Positions 44,875 through 60,022 are shown, numbered from the stretch's first letter. The stretch is 64,000 bases of DNA from Escherichia coli (GCF_024298765.1 NZ_CP101210.1); one strand, 5' to 3'. The notes: generated by a model not told the origin, from the letters alone. Numbers and translations: made by a program.

Positions 44875-45930
44875 ATGACGACATTTATTCAGCTTCATTT
44901 GTTAACCGCTTACCCTGCTGCCAACCTTAACCGTGATGACACCGGTGCGCCAAAAACTGTGGTACTGGGTGGAGCAACGCGTCTGCGCGTTTCCTCACAA
45001 AGTCTGAAACGTGCGTGGCGCACTTCTGCACTTTTTGAACAGGCACTGGCGGGCCATATTGGTATTCGCAGTGGGCGTATTGCGCGTGAGGCGGCAACTA
45101 TCCTGATTGAGAAAGGCATCGAAGAGAAAAAAGCCATCGAATGGGCGGCAAAAATTGCGGATTATCTTGGGAAAGCTAAAAACGACAAAAAACCAAAAGA
45201 TCCGCTCACTAACGCCGAAACTGAACAGCTAGTCCATATCAGCCCGGCAGAATTTGACGCCGTAAAAGCGCTGGCCCATCAACTGGCCGAAGAAAAGCGC
45301 GCGCCAAAAGAGGAAGATCTCGCTTTGTTACGTAAAGATCGCATGGCGGTAGATATCGCTATGTTTGGTCGTATGCTGGCGAATAAACCCGAATTTAATG
45401 TTGAAGCCGCCTGCCAGGTCGCGCATGCATTTGGTGTCAGTGAAACGATTGTCGAAGATGATTTTTTCACCGCCGTTGATGATTTGCGCCAGGCTTCTGA
45501 AGATGCCGGTGCCGGGCATCTTGGTGAAACCGGATTCGGTTCTGCGCTGTTCTACACCTATATCTGCATCGATAAAGATCTGCTGGTCGAAAACCTCGGC
45601 GGTGACGAAGCGTTAGCTAATCAGACCTTGCGCGCCTTTACGGAAGCCGCACTTAAAGTCTCCCCAACCGGCAAACAGAACAGCTTTGCCAGCCGTGCCT
45701 ACGCCTCCTGGGCGCTGGCAGAAAAAGGCACTGAACAACCACGCTCTCTGGCGGCGGCTTTCTATGAACCCATTAATGGCACCCTCCAGTTAGATGTGGC
45801 GGTGCAGCGTATTACAACGCTTCGCGAAAATATGAATACGGTCTATGAACAGAAGACCGAATGTGCAAGCTTTGACGTGATGAACAAACAGGGAAGCATG
45901 AAGGACGTGCTGGACTTTATCTGCGCGTAA
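44875..45930 (+). CDS. casC: Cascade backbone subunit Cas7e (CasC)
   Basis: 351-aa ORF, correct position in the operon. Confidence 0.88.
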   Translation: MTTFIQLHLLTAYPAANLNRDDTGAPKTVVLGGATRLRVSSQSLKRAWRTSALFEQALAGHIGIRSGRIAREAATILIEKGIEEKKAIEWAAKIADYLGKAKNDKKPKDPLTNAETEQLVHISPAEFDAVKALAHQLAEEKRAPKEEDLALLRKDRMAVDIAMFGRMLANKPEFNVEAACQVAHAFGVSETIVEDDFFTAVDDLRQASEDAGAGHLGETGFGSALFYTYICIDKDLLVENLGGDEALANQTLRAFTEAALKVSPTGKQNSFASRAYASWALAEKGTEQPRSLAAAFYEPINGTLQLDVAVQRITTLRENMNTVYEQKTECASFDVMNKQGSMKDVLDFICA

Positions 45931-45940
45931 GGGGCGGCTA

Positions 45941-46687
45941 ATGAGCCAATATTTGATTTTTCAGCTTCATGGGCCAATGGCATCCTGGGGCGTCGATGCC
46001 CCTGGCGAAGTGCGTCATACCCATGAACTGCCTTCGCGCTCAGCATTGCTGGGGCTGCTGGCTGCCGGGGTAGGGATTCGGCGTGATGATACCGAACGAT
46101 TAAACGCGTTTAACCGCCACTATTCACTGGTGGTTTGCGCCAGCCGTAACCCGCGCTGGGCACGGGATTATCACACGGTCCAGATGCCAAAAGAGGTGCG
46201 TAAAGCGCGTTATTTCAGCCGTCGCGAAGAGTTGAGCGCCCCTGATCTTCTGAGCGCGATTATCTCCCGGCGCGACTACTACACCGATGCCTGGTGGATG
46301 GTGGCGGTGGCAACAACCCCCGATGCGCCTTACAGCCTTGAACAGTTGCAGGACGGTTTACGTCATCCGGTTTTTCCGCTTTATCTGGGGCGAAAAAGTC
46401 ATCCGCTGGCGTTACCACTTGCGCCGTTACTGCTCGAAGGCAACGCGTCTGATGTCTTACGTAACGCATACCAACAGTATCAGGATAGTTTCCGCGAACT
46501 GAAAGTCTCACTCCCGAAACTTCAGGATGAATGCTGGTGGGAAGGGGAACACGACGGCCTGGTCGCGAGCAAAATATTACGTCGCCGGGATGTTCCTTTA
46601 AATCGTCAGCAGTGGCTGTTTGGGGAACGCACCATCAATCAGGGGCCGTGGCTCAGCAAGGAGGAACCATGTACCTCTCAAGAATAA
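45941..46687 (+). CDS. casD: Cascade subunit Cas5e (CasD)
   Basis: 248-aa ORF; N-terminal LHGPMASWG resembles the Cas5 glycine-rich start. Confidence 0.85.
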   Translation: MSQYLIFQLHGPMASWGVDAPGEVRHTHELPSRSALLGLLAAGVGIRRDDTERLNAFNRHYSLVVCASRNPRWARDYHTVQMPKEVRKARYFSRREELSAPDLLSAIISRRDYYTDAWWMVAVATTPDAPYSLEQLQDGLRHPVFPLYLGRKSHPLALPLAPLLLEGNASDVLRNAYQQYQDSFRELKVSLPKLQDECWWEGEHDGLVASKILRRRDVPLNRQQWLFGERTINQGPWLSKEEPCTSQE

Positions 46688-47315
46688 CCTTACATACCGG
46701 CCAGCTTTCCCCAGCGCAGTTGCTGCATCTGGTGGATCGCGGTGAATATGTAATGCATCAGTGGCTGTGGGATCTTTTTCCTGGCGGCAAAGAAAGGCAA
46801 TTTCTTTATCGTCGGGAAGAACTCCAGGGGGCGTTTCGCTTTTTTGTCCTGTCGCAGGAACGCCCGGCGGAAAGTGATATTTTCACCATCGAATGCCGAC
46901 CATTTGCGCCAGAGTTGCGTACCGGACAATCCCTTTGTTTCAACCTGCGGGCGAATCCAACAATTTGTAAAGCGGGCAAACGCCACGACTTGCTGATGGA
47001 GGCGAAACGGCAGGTGAGGGGGCAGGTGGAAGGAAGTGATGTCTGGTTGCATCAACAACAGGCTGCGCTGGACTGGCTGGCAGCGCAGGGGGAGAGAAGC
47101 GGTTTTACACTGCTGGATACTTCGGTTGATGCCTACCGACAACAGCAACTGCGGCGGGAAAACTCCCGGCAACTGATCCAGTTCAGTAGCGTGGATTATA
47201 CGGGGATGCTTACGGTCACCGATCCTGGGTTATTTCTGCAACGTCTCAGTCAGGGGTATGGCAAAAGCCGGGCGTTCGGTTGTGGTCTGATGCTGATCAA
47301 ACCCGGAGCAGAGGC

Positions 47316-47319
<4 letters not shown>
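46669..47319 (+). CDS. casE: CRISPR pre-crRNA endoribonuclease Cas6e (CasE)
   Basis: Track ORF trimmed to MYLSRITLHTG (216 aa); C-terminal glycine-rich loop GYGKSRAFGCGLMLI. Confidence 0.85.
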
Positions 47320-48529
<1,210 letters not shown>

Positions 48530-48625
48530 GTTATCCGTTCTTTAAAAATAAGGAAATGTTTTAATTTAGTTGGTAGATTGTTGATGCGGAATAAATTTGT
48601 TTAAAAACAGTTATGTATGCTTAGT
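48530..48625 (+). promoter_or_regulatory. CRISPR leader (AT-rich, between cas2 and first repeat)
   Basis: 96-bp AT-rich spacer between the cas2 stop and repeat 1. Confidence 0.65.
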
Positions 48626-49935
48626 GTGTTCCCCGCGCCAGCGGGGATAAACCGCATTGAAAACATTGCCTTTATTTTATTTTTTGGTGTTCCCCGCGCC
48701 AGCGGGGATAAACCGGTGCCGCCGCTGGGCACTTCCTTCCCGTGAGTGTGTTCCCCGCGCCAGCGGGGATAAACCGCCCTGATAGCGTCCAGTTGAATGC
48801 GCGCCCGCGTGTTCCCCGCGCCAGCGGGGATAAACCGGCAGGCACGGGCAATATCAGACTCGGTCAAAGGTGTTCCCCGCGCCAGCGGGGATAAACCGCT
48901 CGGTTGTTTTCATATTACCGGCCTGCCACTGTGTTCCCCGCGCCAGCGGGGATAAACCGACAATATCCCGGACCGGGCGCTGATTTAGTCAGTGTTCCCC
49001 GCGCCAGCGGGGATAAACCGCGGACGGTGGGAATATAGAAAATCCGTCCACCGTGTTCCCCGCGCCAGCGGGGATAAACCGTTATACTCTTTTCATCGAC
49101 TAAGGAGGGGAGGGTGTTCCCCGCGCCAGCGGGGATAAACCGCAATAACGCAGCATCCAGGAAGCTGTTTCCGCGTGTTCCCCGCGCCAGCGGGGATAAA
49201 CCGCGATCGGTGAAGAGGTCCGCGAAATACTCACTGTGTTCCCCGCGCCAGCGGGGATAAACCGGCGATAGTTGATTCAGCCGCGCCAGCGAATGTGTGT
49301 TCCCCGCGCCAGCGGGGATAAACCGGGGCCGCCGCGAATTTACACACGATTCAATACGTGTTCCCCGCGCCAGCGGGGATAAACCGAACTGGTGCGCGAC
49401 GGCTGGCTAACAAAACGAGTGTTCCCCGCGCCAGCGGGGATAAACCGCGTGGCTGCGCTGGCCGTTGCAGCAGTTTGATGTGTTCCCCGCGCCAGCGGGG
49501 ATAAACCGCGTAAACGCCCCGTCGCCATTAATTTCGGGGTGTGTTCCCCGCGCCAGCGGGGATAAACCGTGGGATGAGCAAATAACGTCGTTTCCTAGAA
49601 AGTGTTCCCCGCGCCAGCGGGGATAAACCGCCGCCGTGCCAGTGATCCTCATACGGCCTGTTGTGTTCCCCGCGCCAGCGGGGATAAACCGAAATTAAGA
49701 ACGGCGTAAACGACGGCAGCATGGTGTTCCCCGCGCCAGCGGGGATAAACCGGTGATGATTCAGAGCAGACATTAGCCCGCGCTGTGTTCCCCGCGCCAG
49801 CGGGGATAAACCGGGTAAAAACACGGTCTGAACCGACATTCATGTGTGTTCCCCGCGTCAGCGGGGATAAACCGGACGCACTGGATGCGATGATGGATAT
49901 CACTTAGAATTCCCCGCCCCTGCGGTAGAACTCCC
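48626..49935 (+). CRISPR. Type I-E CRISPR array, 22 repeats (21 intact and a degenerate terminal repeat) and 21 spacers of 32 nt (cas-proximal array)
   Basis: 29-nt repeat GTGTTCCCCGCGCCAGCGGGGATAAACCG at strict 61-nt period from 48626 to 49846. The repeat at 49846 has a CGTCA variant; the terminal repeat at 49907-49935 is GAATTCCCCGCCCCTGCGGTAGAACTCCC. Confidence 0.97.
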
Positions 49936-49955
49936 AACTCCCATTTTCATACCCA

Positions 49956-50993
49956 TCAAGACGCCTTCGCCAGCTCCTTCACCAGCGGTAGCATTATCCG
50001 CATAACATCACGGCAGCGACGTTCTATTCTTCCTGGAAGTGCCTTATCAATATGTTGTTGATTATCCAGTCTTACGTCATGCCAGCTATTTCCCGCAGGG
50101 AATGCAGCTGTTTTTGCGCGTTGCTGATAACCATCCTTATTCCCAAGATTCCAATTTGTTGCTTCTACCGAAAGTACGGCAATACCGGCTTTGTCGAAAA
50201 CTTCGGCGTCATTACAACAGCCAGTACCCTTCGGATAATTTTTATTCAAACCCGGATTGGTCGTTGCGGCAATTCCATGACTACGCGCAATTGCCAGCGC
50301 CCTGTCGTGCGTTAATTTCCTTACTGCTTCAGGGGTTTTTACACCGCTGTTGAAATACAATTTATCGCCAACAATTAAGTTATCGAGATTAATCACCAGC
50401 AGCGTATTTTTCTTTTCGGTGTCACTCATCCGCTTGAGTAAATTCTCAGCGCCTAATTTTCCTTCCTCTTCGCCGCTGGTCGCCACAAATCGAATACCAT
50501 ACTCGGTAGGCGTATTTTTCAGGCGTTCAGCCAGTTCCAGCATGACACCTAAACCTGCGGCGTTATCATCCATTCCTTGTAACGTTAGCCCGCCGAGATT
50601 GGCATCGGCGTCAGCATCGCTCAGCGGGGCGTAAGTATCCAGATGCGCCATAATGATGATCTGCTGCGGCGCTTTGCCTTCATGAGCGGCAATCACCGTA
50701 CTTCCCGTCACGTTATGCCAGCTCTTGCGATTATCGCGGGCGGTATAAATATACCGACTATTAAATGTCCGAATATCACTGCGATAACCCATTTGCTGAA
50801 ACTGCTGGCGAATATAATCGGCAGATAACATTTCTGCAGGAGTTCCGGTCATGCGTCCCGGAAAGAAAGTAGCAATATGTCGTGCCTGGGTATTAGCAAA
50901 ATCGCCAGGTTTAGGTGACGAGGCGTGTACGGGGAGAATAAAGCATACGCCGAGCGCCAGGGCAGCGGTACGGTGGCGCAATGCGGAAAACAT
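49956..50993 (-). CDS. iap: Alkaline phosphatase isozyme conversion aminopeptidase
   Basis: 345-aa ORF with signal peptide, convergent on the array. Confidence 0.9.
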   Translation of the reverse strand: MFSALRHRTAALALGVCFILPVHASSPKPGDFANTQARHIATFFPGRMTGTPAEMLSADYIRQQFQQMGYRSDIRTFNSRYIYTARDNRKSWHNVTGSTVIAAHEGKAPQQIIIMAHLDTYAPLSDADADANLGGLTLQGMDDNAAGLGVMLELAERLKNTPTEYGIRFVATSGEEEGKLGAENLLKRMSDTEKKNTLLVINLDNLIVGDKLYFNSGVKTPEAVRKLTHDRALAIARSHGIAATTNPGLNKNYPKGTGCCNDAEVFDKAGIAVLSVEATNWNLGNKDGYQQRAKTAAFPAGNSWHDVRLDNQQHIDKALPGRIERRCRDVMRIMLPLVKELAKAS

Positions 50994-51244
50994 AGTGAGT
51001 CCTTAAATACCATGCAAATTTTTTTACCGCCATAGTATGAAACTGCCGCTGCGCTAAAACAATTTCAAATCTTCCTAAACGCCCGAAATCCGGTGCCTTA
51101 AGCACTTTTTGATATTAGCTTTGCCAAATCGTTATTCCGTTAAGGAACTACTCATTCTAATTGGTAATTTCATTCGTTCTCTTACGCTCCCTATAGTCGA
51201 AACATCTGATGGCAAGAAAATAGCGGTATTGCAAAGGAACGGTT

Positions 51245-52153
51245 ATGGATCAAAAACGACTTACTCACCTGCGGCAACTGGAGGCGGAAAGCATCCACAT
51301 TATTCGCGAGGTGGCGGCAGAATTCTCAAATCCGGTGATGCTCTACTCTATCGGTAAAGATTCCAGCGTCATGCTGCATCTGGCGCGCAAGGCGTTTTAT
51401 CCAGGTACGCTGCCTTTCCCGTTGCTGCATGTCGATACCGGCTGGAAATTCCGCGAGATGTATGAGTTCCGCGATCGTACGGCTAAAGCCTACGGCTGCG
51501 AGCTGCTGGTGCATAAAAACCCGGAAGGCGTGGCGATGGGGATTAATCCATTCGTTCATGGCAGCGCGAAACATACCGATATTATGAAAACTGAAGGCCT
51601 GAAACAGGCGCTGAATAAATACGGTTTTGATGCCGCCTTCGGTGGTGCGCGCCGTGACGAAGAGAAATCCCGCGCTAAAGAGCGAATCTACTCTTTCCGT
51701 GACCGCTTCCATCGCTGGGATCCGAAAAATCAGCGCCCGGAGCTGTGGCACAACTACAACGGGCAAATTAACAAAGGCGAAAGCATTCGCGTCTTCCCGC
51801 TCTCTAACTGGACCGAGCAGGATATCTGGCAATACATCTGGCTGGAAAATATCGACATTGTTCCGCTGTATCTCGCTGCGGAACGTCCGGTTCTGGAACG
51901 CGACGGTATGTTGATGATGATTGATGACAACCGTATCGACCTGCAACCGGGCGAAGTGATCAAAAAACGGATGGTGCGTTTCCGTACGCTGGGCTGCTGG
52001 CCGCTGACCGGTGCGGTGGAGTCAAATGCACAAACACTGCCGGAGATCATCGAAGAGATGCTGGTTTCCACCACCAGTGAACGTCAGGGCCGCGTGATTG
52101 ACCGCGACCAGGCGGGGTCTATGGAGCTGAAAAAACGTCAGGGGTATTTTTAA
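51245..52153 (+). CDS. cysD: Sulfate adenylyltransferase subunit 2
   Basis: 302-aa ORF with PAPS-reductase-like fold motifs. Confidence 0.95.
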   Translation: MDQKRLTHLRQLEAESIHIIREVAAEFSNPVMLYSIGKDSSVMLHLARKAFYPGTLPFPLLHVDTGWKFREMYEFRDRTAKAYGCELLVHKNPEGVAMGINPFVHGSAKHTDIMKTEGLKQALNKYGFDAAFGGARRDEEKSRAKERIYSFRDRFHRWDPKNQRPELWHNYNGQINKGESIRVFPLSNWTEQDIWQYIWLENIDIVPLYLAAERPVLERDGMLMMIDDNRIDLQPGEVIKKRMVRFRTLGCWPLTGAVESNAQTLPEIIEEMLVSTTSERQGRVIDRDQAGSMELKKRQGYF

Positions 52154-52154
52154 G

Positions 52155-53582
52155 ATGAACACCGCACTTGCACAACAAATCGCCAATGAAGGCGGCGTCG
52201 AAGCCTGGATGATTGCGCAACAACATAAAAGCCTGCTGCGTTTTCTGACCTGTGGTAGCGTCGATGACGGCAAAAGTACCCTGATTGGTCGCCTGCTGCA
52301 CGATACCCGCCAAATCTACGAAGATCAGCTCTCATCGCTGCATAACGACAGTAAGCGTCACGGCACCCAGGGCGAAAAGCTGGATCTGGCACTGCTGGTG
52401 GACGGCCTGCAAGCTGAGCGCGAACAGGGCATCACTATTGATGTGGCCTACCGCTATTTCTCTACCGAGAAGCGTAAATTTATTATCGCCGACACCCCAG
52501 GGCACGAGCAGTACACCCGCAATATGGCGACTGGCGCATCGACATGTGAACTGGCGATCTTACTGATCGATGCCCGTAAAGGCGTGCTCGATCAGACCCG
52601 TCGTCACAGTTTTATCTCCACACTGTTGGGGATCAAACATCTGGTCGTGGCGATCAACAAAATGGATCTGGTGGATTACAGTGAAGAGACGTTCACCCGT
52701 ATTCGTGAAGATTATCTGACTTTTGCCGGGCAGCTGCCGGGTAATCTGGATATCCGCTTTGTGCCGCTCTCCGCACTGGAAGGCGACAACGTGGCTTCGC
52801 AAAGTGAAAGTATGCCGTGGTACAGCGGTCCGACACTGCTCGAAGTGCTGGAAACCGTGGAGATCCAGCGAGTGGTGGATGCTCAGCCAATGCGCTTCCC
52901 GGTGCAGTACGTTAACCGTCCGAATCTCGATTTTCGTGGCTACGCCGGAACGCTGGCATCCGGTCGCGTGGAAGTCGGGCAACGTGTCAAAGTGCTGCCC
53001 TCTGGTGTGGAATCAAACGTCGCGCGGATCGTGACTTTTGATGGCGATCGCGAAGAAGCCTTTTCCGGAGAAGCGATCACCCTGGTGCTGACGGATGAGA
53101 TCGACATCAGCCGTGGCGATCTGCTGCTGGCGGCAGACGAAGCGTTACCGGCTGTGCAGAGCGCGTCGGTGGATGTGGTATGGATGGCGGAACAGCCGCT
53201 TTCCCCGGGCCAGAGTTATGACATCAAAATTGCCGGTAAGAAGACGCGTGCTCGTGTTGATGGCATTCGTTATCAGGTTGATATCAATAACCTTACCCAA
53301 CGCGAAGTTGAAAACCTGCCGCTGAACGGCATCGGCCTGGTAGATCTCACCTTTGACGAGCCACTGGTGTTAGATCGTTATCAGCAAAACCCGGTTACAG
53401 GTGGGCTGATTTTTATCGATCGCCTGAGTAATGTGACCGTAGGTGCCGGTATGGTGCACGAACCAGTTAGCCAGGCAACTGCTGCGCCATCTGAATTCAG
53501 TGCATTCGAACTGGAATTGAATGCCCTGGTTCGCCGCCATTTCCCGCATTGGGGTGCGCGCGATTTACTGGGAGATAAATAA
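52155..53582 (+). CDS. cysN: Sulfate adenylyltransferase subunit 1 (GTPase)
   Basis: 475-aa ORF; G-domain motifs ([22 protein letters not shown]). Confidence 0.95.
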   Translation: MNTALAQQIANEGGVEAWMIAQQHKSLLRFLTCGSVDDGKSTLIGRLLHDTRQIYEDQLSSLHNDSKRHGTQGEKLDLALLVDGLQAEREQGITIDVAYRYFSTEKRKFIIADTPGHEQYTRNMATGASTCELAILLIDARKGVLDQTRRHSFISTLLGIKHLVVAINKMDLVDYSEETFTRIREDYLTFAGQLPGNLDIRFVPLSALEGDNVASQSESMPWYSGPTLLEVLETVEIQRVVDAQPMRFPVQYVNRPNLDFRGYAGTLASGRVEVGQRVKVLPSGVESNVARIVTFDGDREEAFSGEAITLVLTDEIDISRGDLLLAADEALPAVQSASVDVVWMAEQPLSPGQSYDIKIAGKKTRARVDGIRYQVDINNLTQREVENLPLNGIGLVDLTFDEPLVLDRYQQNPVTGGLIFIDRLSNVTVGAGMVHEPVSQATAAPSEFSAFELELNALVRRHFPHWGARDLLGDK

Positions 53583-54187
53583 TGGCTCTGCATGACGAAA
53601 ACGTCGTCTGGCATAGCCACCCAGTAACTCCGCAACAACGCGAACAGCACCACGGTCATCGTGGTGTTGTGCTGTGGTTTACCGGCCTCTCTGGTTCCGG
53701 TAAATCAACCGTCGCGGGGGCGCTGGAGGAGGCGTTACATAAACTTGGCGTCAGTACGTATCTGCTGGATGGCGACAATGTTCGCCACGGATTATGCAGC
53801 GATCTCGGTTTTAGCGATGCCGATCGTAAAGAGAATATCCGTCGCGTCGGTGAAGTGGCGAATTTGATGGTTGAAGCCGGACTGGTGGTGCTGACCGCAT
53901 TCATCTCGCCACACCGCGCCGAACGCCAGATGGTTCGTGAACGCGTAGGAGAAGGGCGCTTTATCGAAGTGTTTGTCGATACGCCGCTGGCGATTTGCGA
54001 AGCCCGCGATCCAAAAGGCTTATATAAGAAAGCGCGTGCCGGTGAACTGCGCAACTTTACGGGAATAGATTCCGTTTACGAAGCGCCTGAATCGGCAGAA
54101 ATTCATCTCAATGGTGAACAATTAGTAACAAATTTGGTACAGCAATTATTAGATCTGTTGAGACAGAACGATATTATCAGATCCTGA
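53582..54187 (+). CDS. cysC: Adenylylsulfate (APS) kinase
   Basis: 201-aa ORF; P-loop GLSGSGKST; start overlaps the cysN stop. Confidence 0.95.
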   Translation: MALHDENVVWHSHPVTPQQREQHHGHRGVVLWFTGLSGSGKSTVAGALEEALHKLGVSTYLLDGDNVRHGLCSDLGFSDADRKENIRRVGEVANLMVEAGLVVLTAFISPHRAERQMVRERVGEGRFIEVFVDTPLAICEARDPKGLYKKARAGELRNFTGIDSVYEAPESAEIHLNGEQLVTNLVQQLLDLLRQNDIIRS

Positions 54188-54236
54188 GACACCACCGGGT
54201 TTCCATGCCCGGTTCGTCAAAGTAACAGGATCAAAT

Positions 54237-54560
54237 ATGCGTAATAGCCATAACATTACACTAACAAATAACGACAGCCTTACTGAGGATGAAGAAACCA
54301 CATGGTCACTGCCTGGTGCCGTGGTCGGTTTTATCTCATGGTTATTTGCGCTGGCGATGCCGATGTTGATTTATGGCTCTAACACGCTGTTCTTCTTTAT
54401 CTACACCTGGCCTTTCTTTCTGGCACTGATGCCTGTCGCGGTAGTGGTGGGGATTGCGCTGCATTCATTGATGGACGGAAAGCTACGCTACAGTATTGTT
54501 TTCACCCTGGTGACAGTAGGCATTATGTTTGGCGCACTGTTTATGTGGCTACTGGGCTAA
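54237..54560 (+). CDS. ygbE: DUF3561 inner membrane protein YgbE
   Basis: 107-aa hydrophobic ORF after cysC. Confidence 0.8.
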   Translation: MRNSHNITLTNNDSLTEDEETTWSLPGAVVGFISWLFALAMPMLIYGSNTLFFFIYTWPFFLALMPVAVVVGIALHSLMDGKLRYSIVFTLVTVGIMFGALFMWLLG

Positions 54561-54753
54561 TTTGTACTTTCTTGTCTCCTCTGTTCATAATTCAAACCGT
54601 AACTAATAATGAGATTATGTTCTGCACGCCCTGGGTATACGTAACAATGGACAAATGTGGTACATTTGCCCGCGTTGTCGCGGTATCCCCAACAGAGGAT
54701 GTAGAGTCGTCTTCGGATGCATGGGATGATGATGCCGTTTTTCAGGGGGCAGG

Positions 54754-55065
54754 ATGGGTAAACTAACGCTGCTGTTGCTGGCTATTCTGGTCTGGCTACA
54801 GTATTCGCTGTGGTTCGGTAAGAACGGTATACATGACTATACTCGCGTCAATAATGATGTGGCGGCACAGCAAGCTACAAACGCGAAACTTAAAGCGCGA
54901 AACGATCAGCTTTTTGCCGAAATTGACGATCTCAATGGCGGCCAGGAGGCGCTCGAAGAGCGTGCGCGTAATGAACTCAGCATGACCAGGCCGGGCGAAA
55001 CTTTTTATCGTCTGGTGCCTGACGCGTCGAAGCGCGCACAGTCTGCGGGGCAAAACAATCGATAA
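54754..55065 (+). CDS. ftsB: Cell division protein FtsB
   Basis: 103-aa ORF with N-terminal TM segment and coiled coil. Confidence 0.9.
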
Positions 55066-55083
55066 ATCAGCCCGGGAATTAAC

Positions 55084-55794
55084 ATGGCAACCACTCATTT
55101 GGATGTTTGCGCCGTGGTTCCGGCGGCCGGATTTGGCCGTCGAATGCAAACGGAATGTCCTAAGCAATATCTCTCAATCGGTAATCAAACCATTCTTGAA
55201 CACTCGGTGCATGCGCTGCTGGCGCATCCCCGGGTGAAACATGTCGTCATTGCCATAAGTCCTGGCGATAGCCGCTTTGCACAACTTCCTCTGGCGAATC
55301 ATCCACAAATCACGGTTGTTGATGGTGGTGAAGAGCGTGCCGATTCCGTGCTGGCAGGTCTGAAAGCCGCTGGCGACGCGCAGTGGGTATTGGTGCATGA
55401 CGCCGCTCGTCCTTGTCTGCATCAGGATGACCTCGCGCGATTGTTGGCGTTGAGCGAAACCAGCCGCACGGGAGGGATCCTCGCCGCGCCGGTGCGCGAT
55501 ACGATGAAACGCGCCGAGACGGGTAAAAATGCCATTGCTCACACCGTTGATCGCAATGGCTTATGGCACGCACTGACGCCGCAATTTTTCCCTCGTGAGT
55601 TGTTACATGACTGTCTGACTCGCGCTTTAAATGAAGGCGCTACCATTACCGATGAGGCCTCGGCGCTGGAATATTGCGGTTTTCATCCGCAACTTGTTGA
55701 AGGCCGCGCGGATAACATCAAGGTAACGCGTCCGGAGGATTTGGCGCTGGCCGAATTTTACCTCACCCGAACCATCCATCAGGAGAATACATAA
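55084..55794 (+). CDS. ispD: 2-C-methyl-D-erythritol 4-phosphate cytidylyltransferase
   Basis: 236-aa [14 protein letters not shown] motif. Confidence 0.95.
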
Positions 55795-56273
55795 TGCGAA
55801 TTGGACACGGTTTTGACGTACACGCCTTTGGCGGTGAAGGCCCAATTATCATTGGTGGCGTGCGCATTCCTTACGAAAAAGGGCTGCTGGCGCATTCTGA
55901 TGGCGACGTGGCGCTGCATGCGTTGACCGATGCATTGCTTGGCGCGGCGGCGCTGGGAGATATCGGCAAGCTGTTCCCGGATACCGATCCGGCATTTAAA
56001 GGTGCCGACAGCCGCGAGCTGTTGCGCGAAGCCTGGCGTCGTATTCAGGCGAAAGGTTATGCCCTCGGCAACGTCGATGTCACTATCATCGCGCAGGCGC
56101 CGAAGATGCTGCCGCATATCCCACAAATGCGCGTGTTTATTGCCGAAGACCTCGGCTGCCATATGGATGATGTTAACGTGAAAGCCACTACTACGGAAAA
56201 ACTGGGATTTACCGGACGTGGGGAAGGGATTGCCTGTGAAGCGGTGGCGCTACTCATTAAGGCAACAAAATGA
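55794..56273 (+). CDS. ispF: 2-C-methyl-D-erythritol 2,4-cyclodiphosphate synthase
   Basis: 159-aa [15 protein letters not shown] start; overlaps the ispD stop. Confidence 0.95.
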
Positions 56274-57299
56274 TTGAGTTTGATAATCTCACTTACCTCC
56301 ACGGTAAACCGCAAGGCACCGGGCTGCTGAAAGCCAATCCGGAAGACTTTGTGGTGGTGGAAGATTTGGGCTTTGAGCCTGATGGTGAAGGTGAGCATAT
56401 TTTGGTTAGAATCCTCAAAAACGGCTGCAATACCCGTTTTGTGGCGGATGCACTGGCGAAATTCCTGAAAATTCATGCCCGTGAAGTCAGCTTCGCTGGG
56501 CAAAAAGACAAACATGCTGTTACGGAACAGTGGTTATGTGCTCGCGTGCCGGGCAAGGAAATGCCCGATCTGAGCGCCTTTCAACTGGAAGGCTGCCAGG
56601 TGATGGAGTATGCGCGGCACAAGCGCAAGCTGCGTTTAGGCGCGCTGAAAGGTAACGCCTTTACCCTGGTTCTGCGCGAAGTGAGCAATCGCGATGACGT
56701 TGAACAACGTCTGATCGATATTTGCGTAAAAGGTGTACCGAACTACTTCGGTGCCCAACGTTTTGGGATTGGCGGTAGCAACTTGCAGGGCGCGCTGCGC
56801 TGGGCGCAAACCAATACTCCGGTGCGCGATCGCAATAAACGTAGTTTTTGGTTGTCGGCAGCCCGCAGTGCGTTGTTTAATCAGATTGTTGCTGAGCGCC
56901 TCAAAAAAGCAGACGTTAATCAAGTTGTTGACGGCGATGCGCTACAATTAGCCGGACGTGGTAGCTGGTTTGTCGCAACCACCGAAGAACTGGCGGAATT
57001 ACAGCGTCGCGTCAACGATAAAGAGCTGATGATAACCGCCGCATTGCCGGGCAGTGGCGAATGGGGAACTCAGCGTGAAGCGCTGGCATTCGAACAAGCA
57101 GCTGTCGCCGAAGAAACTGAATTACAAACCTTACTGGTGCGCGAAAAAGTTGAAGCCGCGCGCAGAGCGATGCTGCTGTATCCGCAACAATTAAGCTGGA
57201 ACTGGTGGGATGACGTCACCGTAGAAATCCGTTTCTGGCTTCCGGCGGGAAGTTTTGCAACCAGCGTTGTCAGGGAACTTATCAACACAACAGGTGATT

Positions 57300-57319
<20 letters not shown>
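56270..57319 (+). CDS. truD: tRNA pseudouridine(13) synthase
   Basis: 349-aa ORF overlapping the ispF stop. Confidence 0.9.
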
Positions 57320-58681
<1,362 letters not shown>

Positions 58682-58820
58682 AACGTGAGGAAATACCTGG
58701 ATTTTTCCTGGTTATTTTGCCGCAGGTCAGCGTATCGTGAACATCTTTTCCAGTGTTCAGTATGGTGCCTTGCACGGTAATTATGTCACTGGTTATTAAC
58801 CAATTTTTCCTGGGGGATAA

Positions 58821-59960
58821 ATGAGCGCGGGAAGCCCAAAATTCACCGTTCGCCGCATTGCGGCTTTGTCACTGGTTTCGCTATGGCTGGCAGGCTGTTC
58901 TGACACTTCAAATCCACCGGCACCGGTCAGCTCCGTTAATGGCAATGCGCCTGCAAATACCAATTCTGGTATGTTGATTACGCCGCCGCCGAAAATGGGG
59001 ACGACGTCTACAGCGCAGCAACCGCAAATTCAGCCGGTACAGCAGCCACAAATTCAGGCTACTCAACAACCGCAAATCCAGCCAGTACAGCCAGTAGCTC
59101 AGCAGCCGGTACAGATGGAAAACGGACGCATCGTCTACAACCGTCAGTATGGGAACATTCCGAAAGGCAGTTATAGCGGCAGTACCTATACCGTGAAAAA
59201 AGGCGACACACTTTTCTATATCGCCTGGATTACTGGCAACGATTTCCGTGACCTTGCTCAGCGCAACAATATTCAGGCACCATATGCGCTGAACGTCGGT
59301 CAGACCTTACAGGTGGGTAATGCTTCCGGTACGCCAATCACTGGCGGAAATGCCATTACCCAGGCCGACGCAGCAGAGCAAGGAGTTGTGATCAAGCCTG
59401 CACAAAATTCCACCGTTGCTGTTGCGTCGCAACCGACAATTACGTATTCTGAGTCTTCGGGTGAACAGAGTGCTAACAAAATGTTGCCGAACAACAAGCC
59501 AACTGCGACCACGGTCACAGCGCCTGTAACGGTACCAACAGCAAGCACAACCGAGCCGACTGTCAGCAGTACATCAACCAGTACGCCTATCTCCACCTGG
59601 CGCTGGCCGACTGAGGGCAAAGTGATCGAAACCTTTGGCGCTTCTGAGGGGGGCAACAAGGGGATTGATATCGCAGGCAGCAAAGGACAGGCAATTATCG
59701 CGACCGCAGATGGCCGCGTTGTTTATGCCGGTAACGCGCTGCGCGGCTACGGTAATCTGATTATCATCAAACATAATGATGATTACCTGAGTGCCTACGC
59801 CCATAACGACACAATGCTGGTCCGGGAACAACAAGAAGTGAAGGCGGGGCAAAAAATAGCAACCATGGGTAGCACCGGAACCAGTTCAACACGCTTGCAT
59901 TTTGAAATTCGTTACAAGGGGAAATCCGTAAACCCGCTGCGTTATTTGCCGCAGCGATAA
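58821..59960 (+). CDS. nlpD: Murein hydrolase activator lipoprotein NlpD (LysM plus M23 peptidase domain)
   Basis: 379-aa ORF; lipobox LAGCS, Q/P-rich repeats, LysM and M23 domains. Confidence 0.92.
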   Translation: MSAGSPKFTVRRIAALSLVSLWLAGCSDTSNPPAPVSSVNGNAPANTNSGMLITPPPKMGTTSTAQQPQIQPVQQPQIQATQQPQIQPVQPVAQQPVQMENGRIVYNRQYGNIPKGSYSGSTYTVKKGDTLFYIAWITGNDFRDLAQRNNIQAPYALNVGQTLQVGNASGTPITGGNAITQADAAEQGVVIKPAQNSTVAVASQPTITYSESSGEQSANKMLPNNKPTATTVTAPVTVPTASTTEPTVSSTSTSTPISTWRWPTEGKVIETFGASEGGNKGIDIAGSKGQAIIATADGRVVYAGNALRGYGNLIIIKHNDDYLSAYAHNDTMLVREQQEVKAGQKIATMGSTGTSSTRLHFEIRYKGKSVNPLRYLPQR

Positions 59961-60022
59961 ATCGGCGGAACCAGGCTTTTGCTTGAATGTTCCGTCAAGG
60001 GATCACGGGTAGGAGCCACCTT

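Noticed and set aside
48601-49903. Six track ORFs on the minus strand with recurring peptide blocks FIPAGAGNT / YPRWRGEH / GLSPLARGT
   Set aside because: These are translations of the 29-nt CRISPR repeat in three frames; the 61-nt period keeps the frames open. They are not genes.
51109-51357. 82-aa ORF spanning the iap-cysD intergenic region into cysD
   Set aside because: Out of frame with cysD and covering its promoter and RBS; likely spurious.
54545-54766. 73-aa ORF between ygbE and ftsB
   Set aside because: It overlaps the 3' end of ygbE and the ftsB start, has no obvious SD, and the region is the ftsB promoter and leader; probably non-coding.
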